DNA of 64,000 nucleotides from Phyllobates terribilis (Eukaryota): positions 424,514,001 through 424,578,000 of the forward strand of contig NW_027362761.1 in assembly GCF_046119375.1 (NCBI RefSeq). The letters run 5' to 3'. Below are positions 31,976-45,466 of this stretch, piece after piece; the first letter of the stretch is position 1, and each line of letters opens with the position of its first letter. The notes under the pieces were generated by a model, which saw only the letters and a program-made list of their open reading frames with translations, was not told where the DNA came from and did not search any database. The position numbers and the translations under genes were made by a program.

Positions 31976-34900
31976 TATATATTTTTATATTATTTATTAT
32001 TTATTTACATATATTGTCATGGATCATAAAAGATCTTTGGAGGACACATTTTGCATCTTTTCCACTGTACATGGGGCAGCCTAGGAGTCCCAGATCCCGA
32101 GAATACAGCCAGTAAGAAGCCATTTGCAGAGCTGATCTGGGTGAGCTAAGACCCGGCAGCTCTGCAATATTAGGCAGATTCCCGGCTGACAAGTGACCGC
32201 TCAGTCTAACTGAAGCATCGGCAGTGCAGTGGGGATTCTGAAACAAAGCATCATAAAAAAACGGAAGTGGGTAAAAAAAAAATTGAGCAGTTAGAGAAGG
32301 AACGGTAGGGAATCTTTAATTAAAGTATATTAGAAAAACAATTAGTTTATTACAATACATAGACATTTAGGATTAAAATCAATATTAGTTTCAGAACACC
32401 CCTTTAAGGTTGTGGAATACATAACTCTCAATACTATTATAAAAAAAAACATTTTATGGGATTACTCTGAAGCACAATTCCACTCAGTGTGTTACATATT
32501 ATATTCCATGCCATGAAAAGTCATTTTTCTTCAAGACATAGTTTAACGCCCCCTTTTGGAAGAAGCCCAAGGCGAAACGGCGTCGTCGGGGTAAAGACCA
32601 GCACCACCATCCACTCTCTGATATTGTTAATCTGTAGGTATACCTTTCACATTAATACTCATACTAATGCTAATACGGTAGAAATACTAATGAAAGACCC
32701 CAGTTTGACTGCGGGATAATTGATTACTCCATGACTGAGATTGGAATAGAGTTTGGCACTTGCACTTTATCCATATACGGAATAATTATTATTATTATTT
32801 ATTTTTATAAGAGGGGTATAAAAGAGTTATTGAGAACCTGGCATTTGCACTTTGTAGCCTATTGTACCTTTGATATGGGGATAGGTGCAATAAAGTATTA
32901 GAATATTAATTGATGGAGTATTAATAAATTCAGTTTGTGGCTGGTGGTGGTTGTAATTTAAAAGTACCTGGAATTTTAAATATTGATTTTAAACTATCTT
33001 GAAATAAAAAATATTCATTTTTAAATTAATGTTGGCTATTCTTGTATCTTCCTGCTCTTGAAATTGGTGCAATAGCACGCTAGTTTCTGATTGTGGTTAT
33101 ATTATGATTAGGAAGCAATTATTGTTGGGCCTTATTGGAGTGTATAGTTTAATGCTAGTAGAATACAAAGCAGAATACCATTTCCACTTAAAGTGAAACA
33201 CCGACAGAGAGATATGAAGTCTCCTCTTCAGGAAAAGAACAGTATCAGAATATGCAAGAATAGTCAGTAAAACAAGCCAAGGTCAAAACAGGAAACAATG
33301 ATAATATACAGGAGCAGAACAGACACGACTAAACCAGAGGAGCACAAGGGTACATCTGGCAGCTTCAGGCAGTAAGCTGGAAGCTTAAGTAGGGTGTGGT
33401 GCCCTCCAATTGGCTGGAGGAGGGAACTGAGAACTCCAGCTGGACATCAAACACATCCATATTTTCATCATGGACAGCACTGCAGGACCCAGTCACCCTA
33501 ATCTTAGTGGCTAGACAGAGCTTGCACCATCCAGATCTCCTGTTTCCAATTTCTCTTCTATCACCAGCGTCGCCTGAAAAATGACTACAGTGGCACCTGG
33601 CAATAGGAGCAGATGCCACCGGACCAGGAACTGATGGAGATGTGACAGTTACATGCAAATTTTCCTCTGGATTTTCTTGCAAGGGGTGAATTCTGTGCTG
33701 AATGCACACAAAGAATTGATTTTATAATTCGTATTGCTGGGACTTCAGTGACCGAGGGATGAGGACTGCATTTTGGAATTCAGTTCCTTTGGTACCAAGG
33801 CAGCTTGTACAATCTCTATCTTCACAAAAGATCAATATCAGCTGAATCACATCTGAAAGTCTTTGGCCAGATCCAGTCTTGGTTCTGTAACCAACTGATC
33901 CAGGTCAGACTGAGAACAGTCAAAGTGTAAATATCGTTGGGATATTTGGACATTTACAGAGAGGGTTATGATTTTTCTATAATACAACAGGTCGATCGAT
34001 ATCTGTGCCTGAATTTTTATCAACGTGCAAATGAGATTTGCTGGAATCTCTTTTACTTAGGTGGTATTAAATTATGCTGTGGATTTTCTGCACACTTGCC
34101 TGTGGGGAAAATGCTCAACTATATCAAATATACAACGTGTAAACCTAACATGGATGACCAGTCAATATTTTTCATTTTGCCTCCCCACATTTCAGCAGCT
34201 ATAACTTTATTTTTATTAATGTGGTTAGATGAGGCCTGTTTTTTCCACAAGGGAATTTCTATTATTTTTGGAGCTTTTAAGTGTGCATTATAATTACACT
34301 TTTGTTTTTTGAAAGCGAATCTGGGGAAAAAAAAAGCCTTTTGCCATTTTGTTTATTTTTATGCTATTCAGCGTTCACACTTAACAATCTATTGAACTAA
34401 TTCTACAGGGTGTTACTGTCATACCTGACATAAGTGAGATTATTTTATTTTATGCAATGTATGTGTTATAAAACACATTTTTATACTGATTGTATGCAAT
34501 AAATAACCAGTTTTTTAGGGGAACATGTTTATTTTTATTTTTCTAACTTTTTTTTATTCCATTTTCGTATTATATTTTAGAATCATTTAGATTTTTTACA
34601 TGTTTCCAAGATCAAAAAATATATCTGTGAACATTGTCTTTTTTTTCTATAATTATGTAGCTTTAATTTTAAGCAATTATGTAGTTTTTCACTGTAGCTG
34701 GGGCATCTTTAGGTAAATCAGGCCCCTGCCATAAAACATTTTATTGACAGAAGTGATCTGGGTCTGCATTTCTTCTATTCTGAGCAGACACCAAGCGATC
34801 ATGTAAGTGCCAGAACCAATAGATGATTCGGCACTGGCGATACTTATAGGGAGGGCACAGACAGCAGAGGACCCCTGTGCGATAATAATACATGGGCCTA

Positions 34901-35043
34901 TTGAGGTCCAGTAGCTCATCATAATGCACAATTTCACCTGCTTTGGAGGTAGCAGTGGGCTGCCTTACCTCTTGATAAATGTCTGTTCTTTGAGGTCCCA
35001 GAGCTAGAACTCATTTTATTGAAAGATGATGCCCAGTACCTTA

Positions 35044-35342
35044 GGGTACTTTCACACTGCGTTTTGGCACCCGTTTGTTGGTCCCATCGGGGCTTACATC
35101 TGAACCCCCCCCTCCCTCCCCCGCAAAACAGGATCTGGGCATATGCGCCGATGAGGCCATTGACTATAATGGTGCCGAGAGGGCAAACGTGTGCTCTGAC
35201 GTGCATCATTTTCGGGCGTGCACGCCTACTGGAGACAGACACTCAGATGTAGTAGACTGAATCCCGTTTTGCGGGGGGGGGGTCGGATGTAAGTCCAGAC
35301 GGGACCAACAAACGGGTGCCAAATTGCAATGTGAAAGCACCC
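35044..35342. mobile_element. PIF/Harbinger-like MITE with long inverted arms
   Basis: TTA|GGGTACTTTCACACTGC...GCAATGTGAAAGCACCC|TCA; internal GGCACCCGTTTGTTGGTCCC inverted repeat. Confidence 0.65.
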
Positions 35343-36913
35343 TCAGCCTTTGCATGAAATGTGACTGTGGTAAAAGCTGATCTGTAGTACTCAGAAGTGG
35401 CCACTTAACAGTGTCCGAATTGGTGGTGTTTGCCCCATACATGGTATGGGTTTCGGGTGTCATCCCTTCACTGATCTGATATTGACAACCTACCTTTAGG
35501 ATAGGTCACATATCATTCCAGTGGACAATCCCTTTAACATGAGTGGGTTTATTATTGTTTCTGAGCACATTTGTACATGATTTAATTCTCAAGAAAGCAA
35601 AATTACCAGGCAGGCAAAATTTAATCTCTCCTGCAATTTTTATTCCCAACATCAAACACCAGGAGACATTGTGGCAACCCTCATAGACTTAAGATTGTAA
35701 ACAGATCGTGTCTAAATCATATCAAAGAAATCTGATGACCCTTGTAGTAATCGGTAAATATGGTCTTCAGATCTCCATAAGTAACACAGGCTTCATTTAT
35801 CAATACTTAGAATCAAACAGAAACCTGAGTGTGTACACAGTACACCGTACACAATGCTATAGATACTGTGCAATCCTTATTCTTTTATTCTTATCAACCA
35901 AGTATCAAACCGCTCTGTGCATCTACCCCAGTCCTGCCCAAGTAATCCTGCAAAATACACAAGATTACACAACATGCTCAAATAGCGTATCCACAACATT
36001 GTAATGACCGAGTCATGTCGCCTGCTCAGACAATAAGTAATAATAGAAATTTATGTTAATACACTTATGATGAATGCAGATATAATCTGTGTGTGATTAC
36101 TATTAGTCCAAAGTATTTACACACTCTTTCACTCTGTTTACTAACACTGTCATACATCTAAAGTGACCTTTACAGCATTCTTCTTCTACAACTGGTTATA
36201 CTCACTTCAGTCATTATCAGATCAATGGAAACAAGTTTAGTTGTACCATATATTGTGTCTTAATTTTATATATTCGAGCATAGTGCATAACTGCACATAC
36301 AAGACACTGGAAAGAATTTATTTAATATAATATATGTTTTACTTATTGTTGATTATAGCAACAAATTGCATAAAAAAATTGAGCAATTCAGTGATGTTCT
36401 TAATTTTATTAATCTAAAGCTCGACATCACTTTCTGGAGGATTTTCATGTGGTCGCTTTGGTTTAGAAGCTGTCATGTAACTAACGTTTTTATGACTGTC
36501 TATTTACACCATTGGGCATACAGTTGAGATCAGAAAAAACGCCGGCCACTTCATGACAACAAAGTTGCATATTCCTGCCATTACTTTTCATTGTGAAAAC
36601 ACATACCTTAACGTATCCTTTTTTTAACCCCTTAGTGATAGAGCCAATTATGTCCTTAATGACCAGGCCAAATTTTAAAATTCTGACCACTGTCACTTTA
36701 TGAAGCAATAATGAACGCTTCAACGGATTCCGCTGATTCTGAGACTGTTTTTTCGTAACATATTGTACTTCATGATAGTGGTAAAAGTTCTCCGATATGA
36801 CTTGCATTTATTTGTAAAGAAAATGGAAATTTGGCGAAAAATTTTGAAAATTGTGCAATTTTCAAACTTTGAATTCTTATGCCCTTAAATCACAGAGACA
36901 TGTCATACAAAAT

Positions 36914-37256
36914 ACATAGTAACATAGTTTTTAAGGTTGAAGGAAGACTAAGTCCATCTAGTTCAACCCATAGCCTAACATGTTGATCCAGAGGAAGGCA
37001 AAAAAAAAACATGTGGCAAACACTAAGCTCCACATTGGGGAAAAAAATTCCTTCCTGACTCCATACAACAATCAGACTAGTTCCTTGGATCAACGCCCTA
37101 TCAAGGGATCTAGTATATATAACCTGTAATATTATACTTTTCAAGAAAGGCATCCATGCCTTTCTTAAATTTTAGTAGTGAGTCGCTCATAACAACATCA
37201 TGCGGCAGAGAGTTCCATAGTCTCACTGCTCTTACAGTAAAGAATCCCCGTCTGTT
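36914..37256 (-). mobile_element. CR1 LINE 3' end
   Basis: Reverse complement ends with a CR1-type 3'UTR (GGTTGAACTAGATGGACT...TCTTCC) and an (ACTATGTT)n tail. Confidence 0.75.
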
Positions 37257-38280
37257 AATAAATAACAGTTTCCACATGTCTACTTTACATCAGCACAATT
37301 TTGGAACCAAATTTTTTTTTTCTTAGGAAGTTATATGGGTTAAAAGTTGACCAACGATTTCTCATTTTTCCAACAAAATTTACAAAACCATTTTTTTAGG
37401 GACCACATCACATTTGAAGTAACTTTGAGGGGTCTATATGACAGAAAATAACCAAAAGTGACACCATTCTAAAAACTTCACCCTTCAAGGTGCTCAAAAC
37501 CACATTCAAGAAGTTTATTAACCCTTCATGTGCTTCATAGGAACTGAAGCAATGTGGAAGGAAAAAAATGAACATTTTACTTTTTTTCACAAACATTTTA
37601 CTTCAGACCCCAATTTTTTTATTTTCACAAGGGTAACAAGAGAAAATGGACCACAAAATTTATTGTGCAAGTACGCTGATACCCCATATGTGGGGGAAAA
37701 CCATTGTTTGGGTGCACAGCAGGGCTTGGAAGGGAAGGAGCGCAATTTGACTTTTTGAGCGCAAAATTGGCTGGAATCTAGAGCGGACACCATATCACGT
37801 TTGGAGAGCCCCTGATGTGCCTAAACAGTAGAAACCCCCACAAGTGACCCCATTTTGCAAACTAGACCCCTCAAGAAACTTATCTAGATGTGTGGTGAGC
37901 ACCTCGAACCACCAGGGTGCTTCACAGAAGTTTAGAGAGCCAAAATAAAAAATCTAACTTTTTCCACAAAAATTATCTTTTAGCCCAAATTTTTTTTATT
38001 TTCACAAGGGTAACAGGGGAAAATAGACACCAAAAATTGTGCAATTTCTCCTGAGTACCCCAATACCGCATATGTGGGGAAAAAACACTGCTTGGGCGCA
38101 CGGCAGGGCTCGGAAGGGAAGGAGCAGCGTGTGACTTTTTGAATGCAAAATTGTCTGGAATCGAGAGCGGATGCCATGTCACGTTTGGAGAGCCCGTGAT
38201 GTGCTTAAACAGTGGAAATCTCCCACAAGTGACCCCATTTTGGAAACTAGAACCCTCAAAGATTTTATCAAGGGGTATAG

Positions 38281-38657
38281 TGAACATTTTGAACTCAGAA
38301 GTACGACACAGAATTTGATAACATTAGGTCATCATATTGAATACATCGTCATTAGTGTTGCTTGCTACTTGAGTTTCCATCAGGTGCTCGGGTATGCACT
38401 GAGTATCGCGGGTGCTCGAGTGACATGCTCAAGTATCCACCTCGCATGTTTTGCGGCTGTTAGACATCCAAAAAAAAACATACGGGGATTGCGCGTGTAT
38501 GGCGCGAAACTTGTGAACTCGAGCACCCGCAATACTCGGTGCATACCCGTGCACCTGATGCAAACTCAAGTAAAAAGAAACACTAATGACGACGTATTCA
38601 ATATGACGACCTGATGCTATCAAAATCTGTGTCGTACCTCTGGGTTCAAAATGCTCA
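38281..38657. repeat. Long imperfect inverted repeat (arms about 130-140 bp)
   Basis: TGAACATTTTGAACTCAGAAGTACGACACAG...GGGTGCTCGAGT mirrored by ACTCGAGCACCC...CTGTGTCGTACCTCTGGGTTCAAAATGCTCA. Confidence 0.8.
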
Positions 38658-38712
38658 ACACTACTTGTCATATCGTCATTATTTTATTATTCTTTACTTT
38701 TTTAAAAATCCC

Positions 38713-39054
38713 AATCCTAACTCCAACCCTAACCCCAACCCCAACACAACCCTAACCCCAACCCAACCCTAACACAACCCTAACCCTAAACCAACCCTAA
38801 CCCTAATCCTAACACAACCCTAACTCTAACACAACCTTAACCCTAACACACCCCTAACCCTAATACAACCCTAAACCTAACACACCCCTAACCCTAACAC
38901 AACCCTAATCCTAACCCTAACACAACCCTAACCCTAATCCTAGCCCTAACACAACCCTAATCCTAACACAACCCTAATCCTAATCCTAGCCCTAACACAA
39001 CTCTAATCCTAACCCTAACACAACACTAACCCTAACCTCAACCCTAAGCCTAAC
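38713..39054. repeat. Degenerate telomere-like (CCCTAA)n array interleaved with CACAA
   Basis: Directly visible tandem CCCTAA/CCTAAT/CACAACCCTAA units over about 340 bp. Confidence 0.9.
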
Positions 39055-39619
39055 AGCAAACAATGGGTGACAAAGGAGTTGACAAAGGGGGATTTGATTT
39101 ACTATTTTTTTGCTTTTGATCACTGTGATAGGGTGATCACAGTGATCAAATGGAACCAATAGGGAAAATTCCCTATTGTTGCCGGGTACCTGCCGCAGAT
39201 CTCAACGGGCGTGCTGCGCATGCGCCCACCATTTTTTTTCCCGGAAGATGACGGAGGGCCAGAGCAGGAGATCAGGGCGACGGCGGAGGTACTGGGGGAA
39301 CTCTGGGGGCATAATTTCTCTCTCCTCTGACATGTACGAGAGGAGAAATATCATATCATGTCAGAGGACATTGCAACTGCGGGCACAGGGGTTTTTTTGA
39401 TCGGGGACCGGAAAAACTGGCCCTGATCATGTTCTCCGACTCTGGGGGGCGCTACAGCCTTATACCCGATGGCCATTTTAAAATGGCAATAAGGGAATAA
39501 GGCCCCTTAACACCCGCCGTTTTAATGTGCATCGGCGGTCGTTAAGGGGTTAAGTGTCCTATATGAGGTGGGACACACCTCTTAGTCATTGAATTGTGTA
39601 CACTATCCAGCTCCTCGCC

Positions 39620-40870
39620 ATGCAGTCTGCCTTTACAAATATTTGTAAAGGAATGGCTCTTTCTAAAATACTCACTGAATTTAGAGCGCAGTTCTGTAAT
39701 AGGACAAGCGCCATTGTGACAAGTCAGTTTGTAAAATTTCTTCCCAGCTAAATCTGAACTGAGTGGTAAAAAGTAGAAGTATTTAGGAACCACGGCAAAG
39801 CAGACATAAAGTGGCAGACTGGAGGAGGTTACAAAGATGGGTCTGAGTGCTGAACAAAAATAGAGGTGCCTCGCAGCACTCCAACTTTGGACAATGACAA
39901 AGGGCACATAGGCTCAAAGAGCACGTTCTAAGGAGTTCACTTGGAAAAAATTCAATAGAAGGAAGAGACAGCATCCAATTTAGGTGAAAAAAACCTTCAA
40001 GGGTCTATTTATTCTGCCATAGATGCGACGTTTTGACCAGCCAAAGGTCGTTTTGTCTTTTTCAAGCAGGGTCTGAGTGTTGAGTCGCATAGTTCATAAA
40101 GTCATCAACACTCTGCTGACTAAGTAAATGCACAGTTCCAAACCTCCACCGGCTTTAACATCCCCGCGAAGACTGTGTGCTAGAAGCTTCATGGCATGGG
40201 TTTTCTTGACTTCTTGACTGAGCAGCTGCATGCAAGTCTTACATAACCAAGCACATTGCCAAGTGTCAGATGGAGTGGTGTAAAGCACACCGCCACTTGA
40301 CAATGGAGCAGTGGAGCATGTTTTGTGAAGTGACTAATCACGCTTCTCTATCTGGCCGACAGGTGGATGACTCTGGGTTTGGCAACTGCCCGGAGAACGA
40401 TACCTGCCTGACTGCAACGTGCCAACTGGAGGGAGGGATGTGATATTGTTTGTGTTGGCCTATGCTCCTTAATTCTAGTGAAGGGAAGTCTCATTGCTTT
40501 AGTATACCAAGACATTTTGGAAAATTCGGTTTCTAACTTTGTGGGAAGTTTGGGGATAGCCCTTTTCTGCTCCACTATATGCCCCAGTGCATAAAGCAAG
40601 GTCCATAAAGGCATGGTTTGGTGAGTTTGGTGTGACATTACATGACTGGCCGCACAGAGCTCCGACCTCAACCCCATTGAACAATTTTGTGATGAACTAG
40701 GACAAAATGTCAGTCCCACATCAGTGTCGGACCTCAGCAATTTCCATAGACGAACTCCAAAATCTTGTAGACAGTCTTCGCAGAAGCTGTTATAGCAGCA
40801 AATGGGGGACCATCTCCATATTAATGTCTATGGATTTAGAATGAGAGGTGTAATATGTAGGTGTCCCAAT
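39620..40870 (+). pseudogene. Decayed Tc1-like transposase with an unrelated insert near 39860-40270
   Basis: N-terminal HTH-like piece near 39630-39860; catalytic-domain remnants (WSDES-like, HKARSI, SPDLNPIE-like GCTCCGACCTCAACCCCATTGAAC) at 40270-40870. Confidence 0.7.
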
Positions 40871-41711
40871 ACTTCTATCCATGTCATGTATGTCACAGAA
40901 TACGCTTGGATTCTTTGATAGGAAGCACATATCCTTTGGGCATAGACCATACATGTCATGTGAACAGAGCATTACTCAAGGCATCATTTGACTGCAACCT
41001 GAGCAGGATCAGACATTGTCATTCATCATTCAAATCCCAGAAAAATAATGGAAAGCATCACACAACAGTATTCACAAATATTACAGGGGCAGATTTATTA
41101 AAACGGTCTAAAAGAATAGCTTTCTGTGCTGCCCGTTGCAACCAACTGCAGCACAACTCTCATTTTACCACAGCAGTCTAAGAAGTGGAAGTCGAAACTC
41201 TGATTGCTATGGGCAACAACAGCTATTATTTTAAACATGAGGCTCAACTGACAGCTACACGAAAGTTACATCGTACAAGTTGCTTTTTTTGCCAAGGATA
41301 TGAACTGACCAAAAACTCAGTTGGGTTCCCGGCCCTTTTTCACATTTCATGTAATTACACCCCAAGAAAGTATGATAAATAAAAGGAACAGCAAAGTTAA
41401 TTATTTTGCAAATATTCTGCTTTTATTTTCCACTGCATGTTAATTTATTTAATTTATTCCCTAAATGCTTTCATTTGCATAACTTCAAAGCAGAAAAAGA
41501 AATTTGATTAAAAAGAAATAGGACAGTAATTAATCCGATAAATACAGCGCTGCTAAAGTAGTACAGTAATGTAATTTATGGGACCAAGTCACTTGGACAG
41601 AAGGAAATATCCAATTACTACCAGCCTTGTTACTAAAAACACCAATAAAAAACTTACCAGTAAATTCCAAATGTAATTTGTGTGCATAGAAGAACTGGAA
41701 AGAGAACCTAA

Positions 41712-42104
41712 AGGGAACTTGTCACCAGCAAAAACGTTATTAACCTGCAGATATCGGGTTAATCAGCAGTTTCATAGTGTCATTATGCTGCCCGGCGCCT
41801 GCACTTAGCCGAATGCAGCGGGGAGAAAATTAACTTTATTCTCCCTACCAGCATTCAGTTTCAGTCCCCAGCATTAGAACCGGCTGTCAGCCAGGGCCAG
41901 GTGTGCGGTTACAGCCACCGCTCTGGTGACTGAACCTGAGCAGGTGCCGCTCAAGTGACTGAAGCGGGAACGCTGCCGGGAGAATAAAGGTAATTTTCTC
42001 CCTGCAGCGTTAGGCTATGTGCAGGCGCCGGGCAGCATAATAATGCTATGAAACTGCTGATTAACCCCATATCTGCAGGTTAATAGCATTTTTTCAGTTT
42101 CCCT
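41712..42104. mobile_element. Kolobok/T2-like MITE
   Basis: AGGGAAC...GTTTCCCT|TTAA with long internal inverted arms (TTAACCTGCAGATAT / ATATCTGCAGGTTAA). Confidence 0.65.
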
Positions 42105-42973
42105 TTAAGGTTTCATTCAGATGTCTGTGATTTTTCACTTATGCAAAAAATTATATGAGTATCATCAATGTTTTCTCGGTGTCAGATTTTACTATCAGTG
42201 TTTTTCACGCATGGAAAAATAAATAAATAAAATGTTAATTACGGACAGCAAATAGATGCCATCCATGTGCTTCCAGTAATTTTCACGGACTCTTGGATTT
42301 GAATCGCTACTTTTCATCCATGATGCTGATAACAAAACAGTCCCACGGACGATAATAAGTGTGTGACACTTGCTAAAAAAACGGATTTAAATACCTTCTA
42401 AAAATACCACAGCTCCCCTGATTCTGCCCCTTTTTTTCATTGCACCATTGCAGAAATATTCACATTTATTGCTTTTAGAGAGCAAGATGTGAAATCTCTG
42501 TTTGTAGAGCAACTGGGCTTTTCTTCAGGGTCTTCTCTGTGGGTGGTGTGCGTTACAAGGCTTGGCATTCACGCATTCTACATGATTTAGCTATAGTAGA
42601 TATAGAAAACCAGCTTAACAAATATAGTGAATATTGAGATGATGTCAAACAGTTTATAATTATGGTTATACAATATTTATTGCAACATAATTATTATTGT
42701 TTCAATAAGGATTTTTTTCTACAAACTGAAGGATCCCTGACAAGGTCAAAGTTTATGTTGCATGGTGGGAGAAGAACTTCATCTACGCTGGTATAACCCA
42801 TATATGCCCTCTTCAATATGGTATGGTCACTTTATAGACAACATGTTGGTAGTTTGGGGAGATAACCAAACTATTTTTTTTTACTTTTTAGAATATCTCA
42901 GTAACAACAAGATGAATCTGAAATTTACACGAGCAGTCCATCAAGATACAGCCAACTTATTGACATACAGTTA

Positions 42974-43931
42974 GGCCACGGCCCCACTATCAGTATTTGG
43001 TCAGTATTCGGTCAGTATTTTTCCTCAGGAGTGGAAGCCAAAACCAAGTGAAGAACAATGAGAGAAAAGGTATAATAGAAACTGTTATGGATCCGGGTGG
43101 TGGAACCTCTGAGCTGTGATACAAGGAGGGACCAGAGGGGCGTAACTAAGTGCTTACCCAGGCCGACCCTGGCCACACGGTGGCTTAGTCGACTCAGTGA
43201 ACCAAGGAGGGACCGGGAAGGTGAACCAGGTGCCACTCTGGGACCGACCTTGTGTGAGAGCAGGCGACTCCCACGGGACTGATGGCCAAAGCCGACAGGC
43301 ACAGCAGATGAGCACGGCTGGTAGACAGGCAGGTGATGCAGGTAGACAAGCAGACGGGCACAGCAAATAGACAGGCAGGCGGGCACGGCTGATAGACAGG
43401 CAGGCGGGCACGGCTGATAGATAGGCAGGCGGGCATGGCTGATAGACAGGCAGGCGGGCACGGCTGAGAGACAGGCAGGCAGGCACGGCTGATAGACAGA
43501 CTGGCGGGCAAAGGAACCTGAGGGCTGAGGAGAGTGTTAGCACACAAACAACAACCTTGCACAGGCACCTCCATTTTGGAGGAGGTGCCTAATATAGGAG
43601 CAGTCCTCCGGCCATCGGCCGAGGACTCTTTAGGACGATGCGCGCGGCCCCTTTAAAAGGGGGGGAGCGGGTGCGCCCTAAGTACAGTGCCCGGGGAACT
43701 GCGCGTGGTGCGCGCACCCCGGGCAGATGCAGCAGGGGAGCTGGAAGATGCCAGACCGGGAACGCGGCAGTCTGGGGATTGGCATCTCTGCCCGGCAGGA
43801 GGCAGAGACGCCGACGCTACAGAAGCAAGTCACCAATTCTGCATTTATCACCCACTCCTGGTTTTGGCTCCCACTTCTGAGAAAAAATACTGACCGAATA
43901 CTGACCAAATACTGATAGTGGGGCCGTGGCC
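42974..43931. mobile_element. PIF/Harbinger-like MITE
   Basis: TTA TSD on both sides; about 50-bp TIR GGCCACGGCCCCACTATCAGTATTTGGTCAGTATTCGGTCAGTATTTTT. Confidence 0.85.
43083..43821. mobile_element. Solo LTR nested in the MITE, containing a 24-bp tandem repeat (GCAGGCGGGCACGGCTGATAGACA)n
   Basis: TGTTA...CTACA termini; 5-bp TSD GAAAC/GAAGC with one mismatch. Confidence 0.7.
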
Positions 43932-44641
43932 TTAAATAGATATACTGTACAATAGAGATACAAGCAGGTGTGGTTAAAACAGCCATTTATCGCAAGCACT
44001 AGGCAGGAAACAGTATCTTGAGAGCGTATATTTCACGCCCAAAACATATTATAAAGTTATCAATACCAATAGATGAATATACCCGTGTTAGAAGAGCTTG
44101 CTCAGACTCTGTGCCAGGAAAATGACAACAGACTGCGGAAATGAGGTACATATGAAGGATAAAACACTTCAGTCTTTATTTTTTTTATTATTAATGCCAA
44201 AATATAACTCAGTTAAATACTAACCTGATCAATATAACATTTACTACAGCATTAATTACATACAAATCTCTAACAGTGAACAGATATTTACCAGTTATAA
44301 ATCAGAATACAATATTGGAAGATAATTAAAAAATGGCATGTGTTCTGTAGCCAAAAGGGGCAAAACAGTTGACAGTAAATATCACCCAATGTATAAAAAG
44401 AAAATAAAGCCCAAAAATATGCAGAGGGAACCGCTGTAATGTGTGTACATGTACTAAAAAAATGATGCATTACAGATCTCAGAGAAAGAAATATGAGTTC
44501 AGCTCCTTTATGAATTGAGATATCAAAAAAATATTGTACAATATGTTACAGAGTGCTCTCTTTGTAATCTAAATATGTCAGACGCATAAAGAGAAATCTA
44601 TAAAAAAAAAAGCATTGCAGAAGACTTATATGATATCTTAA

Positions 44642-45053
44642 AGAAGCACTCCCATGATTTTTTTCTAAATCTGTGTAAATGTGCATGTAGCGTACTGTGA
44701 GTGTATTAAATTACTCACCTATCGCCGCCTTCTCCGGGATCCAGTGCCGTTCTGATCCTCATCTGAGTGACATAACCGCTCTTCAGACTCTTGGGGTCAT
44801 GCTGCGCTCTGTGGCTTTTAAAATATAAGGCAATGGAGTGTCAGAAAGAGACTCCATCGGCTTACATTGTAAAAGAGACTTCCGGCTCATTCATATAGCG
44901 TAGAGTGATCCGGCTTGTCTGAGGAACGGTGATGTCACTGAGAAGAGGAGCAGAAGGGAGCTAGATACCTGAGAAGGTGAGTATATTAACACATATGCTT
45001 CACTATATACACATATACACAGATTAAAAAAAAATCTTTGTGGGAGGGATTCT
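44642..45053. mobile_element. Kolobok/T2-like MITE
   Basis: TTAA|AGAAGCACTCCCA ... TGGGAGGGATTCT|TTAA. Confidence 0.6.
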
Positions 45054-45466
45054 TTAAATAAAAAGAAAAAAAGAGGACCTAAACATTAATATGCATAGTA
45101 GAAATCTAGATGGTTTCTGTTTTTTTACAGTACTGAACATATAAATAAACCTTACTGAGGTAGCAATTGGAATAAATAAATTGCAAGTAGATGTTTGCTG
45201 AATATACTATAATAGAATGTTACAAGATGAATACACTGAATATAAAATGGAATTTTTAGAATTAATGGCACAGGTGATATGTGACGTGCGAGACCGCACG
45301 TGCTTGTAACCTGGCTGACACTTTCCCACAAATTGGGTGAATCTATTATTTTGGTTTCTGACTCAAAATAGAGTACTGGGTCTGTGAACTGTTATTATTC
45401 GGAATTCGGATCATAAGGACCATTGTACCATGTTTTTAAAATTACACTAATAAAGGAAGAATGTAT

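Larger units (their letters stand above)
36628..39549. mobile_element. Large non-autonomous piggyBac-like element with internal tandem blocks of about 390 bp, a nested CR1 fragment, a palindrome and a telomere-like array
   Basis: TTAA|CCCCTTA ... TAAGGGG|TTAA termini; duplicated blocks near 37570-37960 and 37975-38290. Confidence 0.6.
42565..44110 (+). pseudogene. Penelope-like RT remnant split by nested insertions (coding pieces 42565-42973 and 43935-44110)
   Basis: Translations HNYYCFN..FFLQ, WYGHFIDNMLVVWG (YIDD-like), FLEYL.NNKMNLKFT, then TAIYRK..AGNSIL...PKHIIKLSIP..EY.RVRRACS. Confidence 0.7.

Noticed and set aside
38713-39054. Ancestral telomere fusion site or CRISPR-like array
   Set aside because: Single orientation (no head-to-head TTAGGG/CCCTAA), embedded in a transposon, and no unique spacers.
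43012-43574. Several ORFs with PACLS/SRAR repeats
   Set aside because: Translations of a 24-bp tandem repeat inside a solo LTR.
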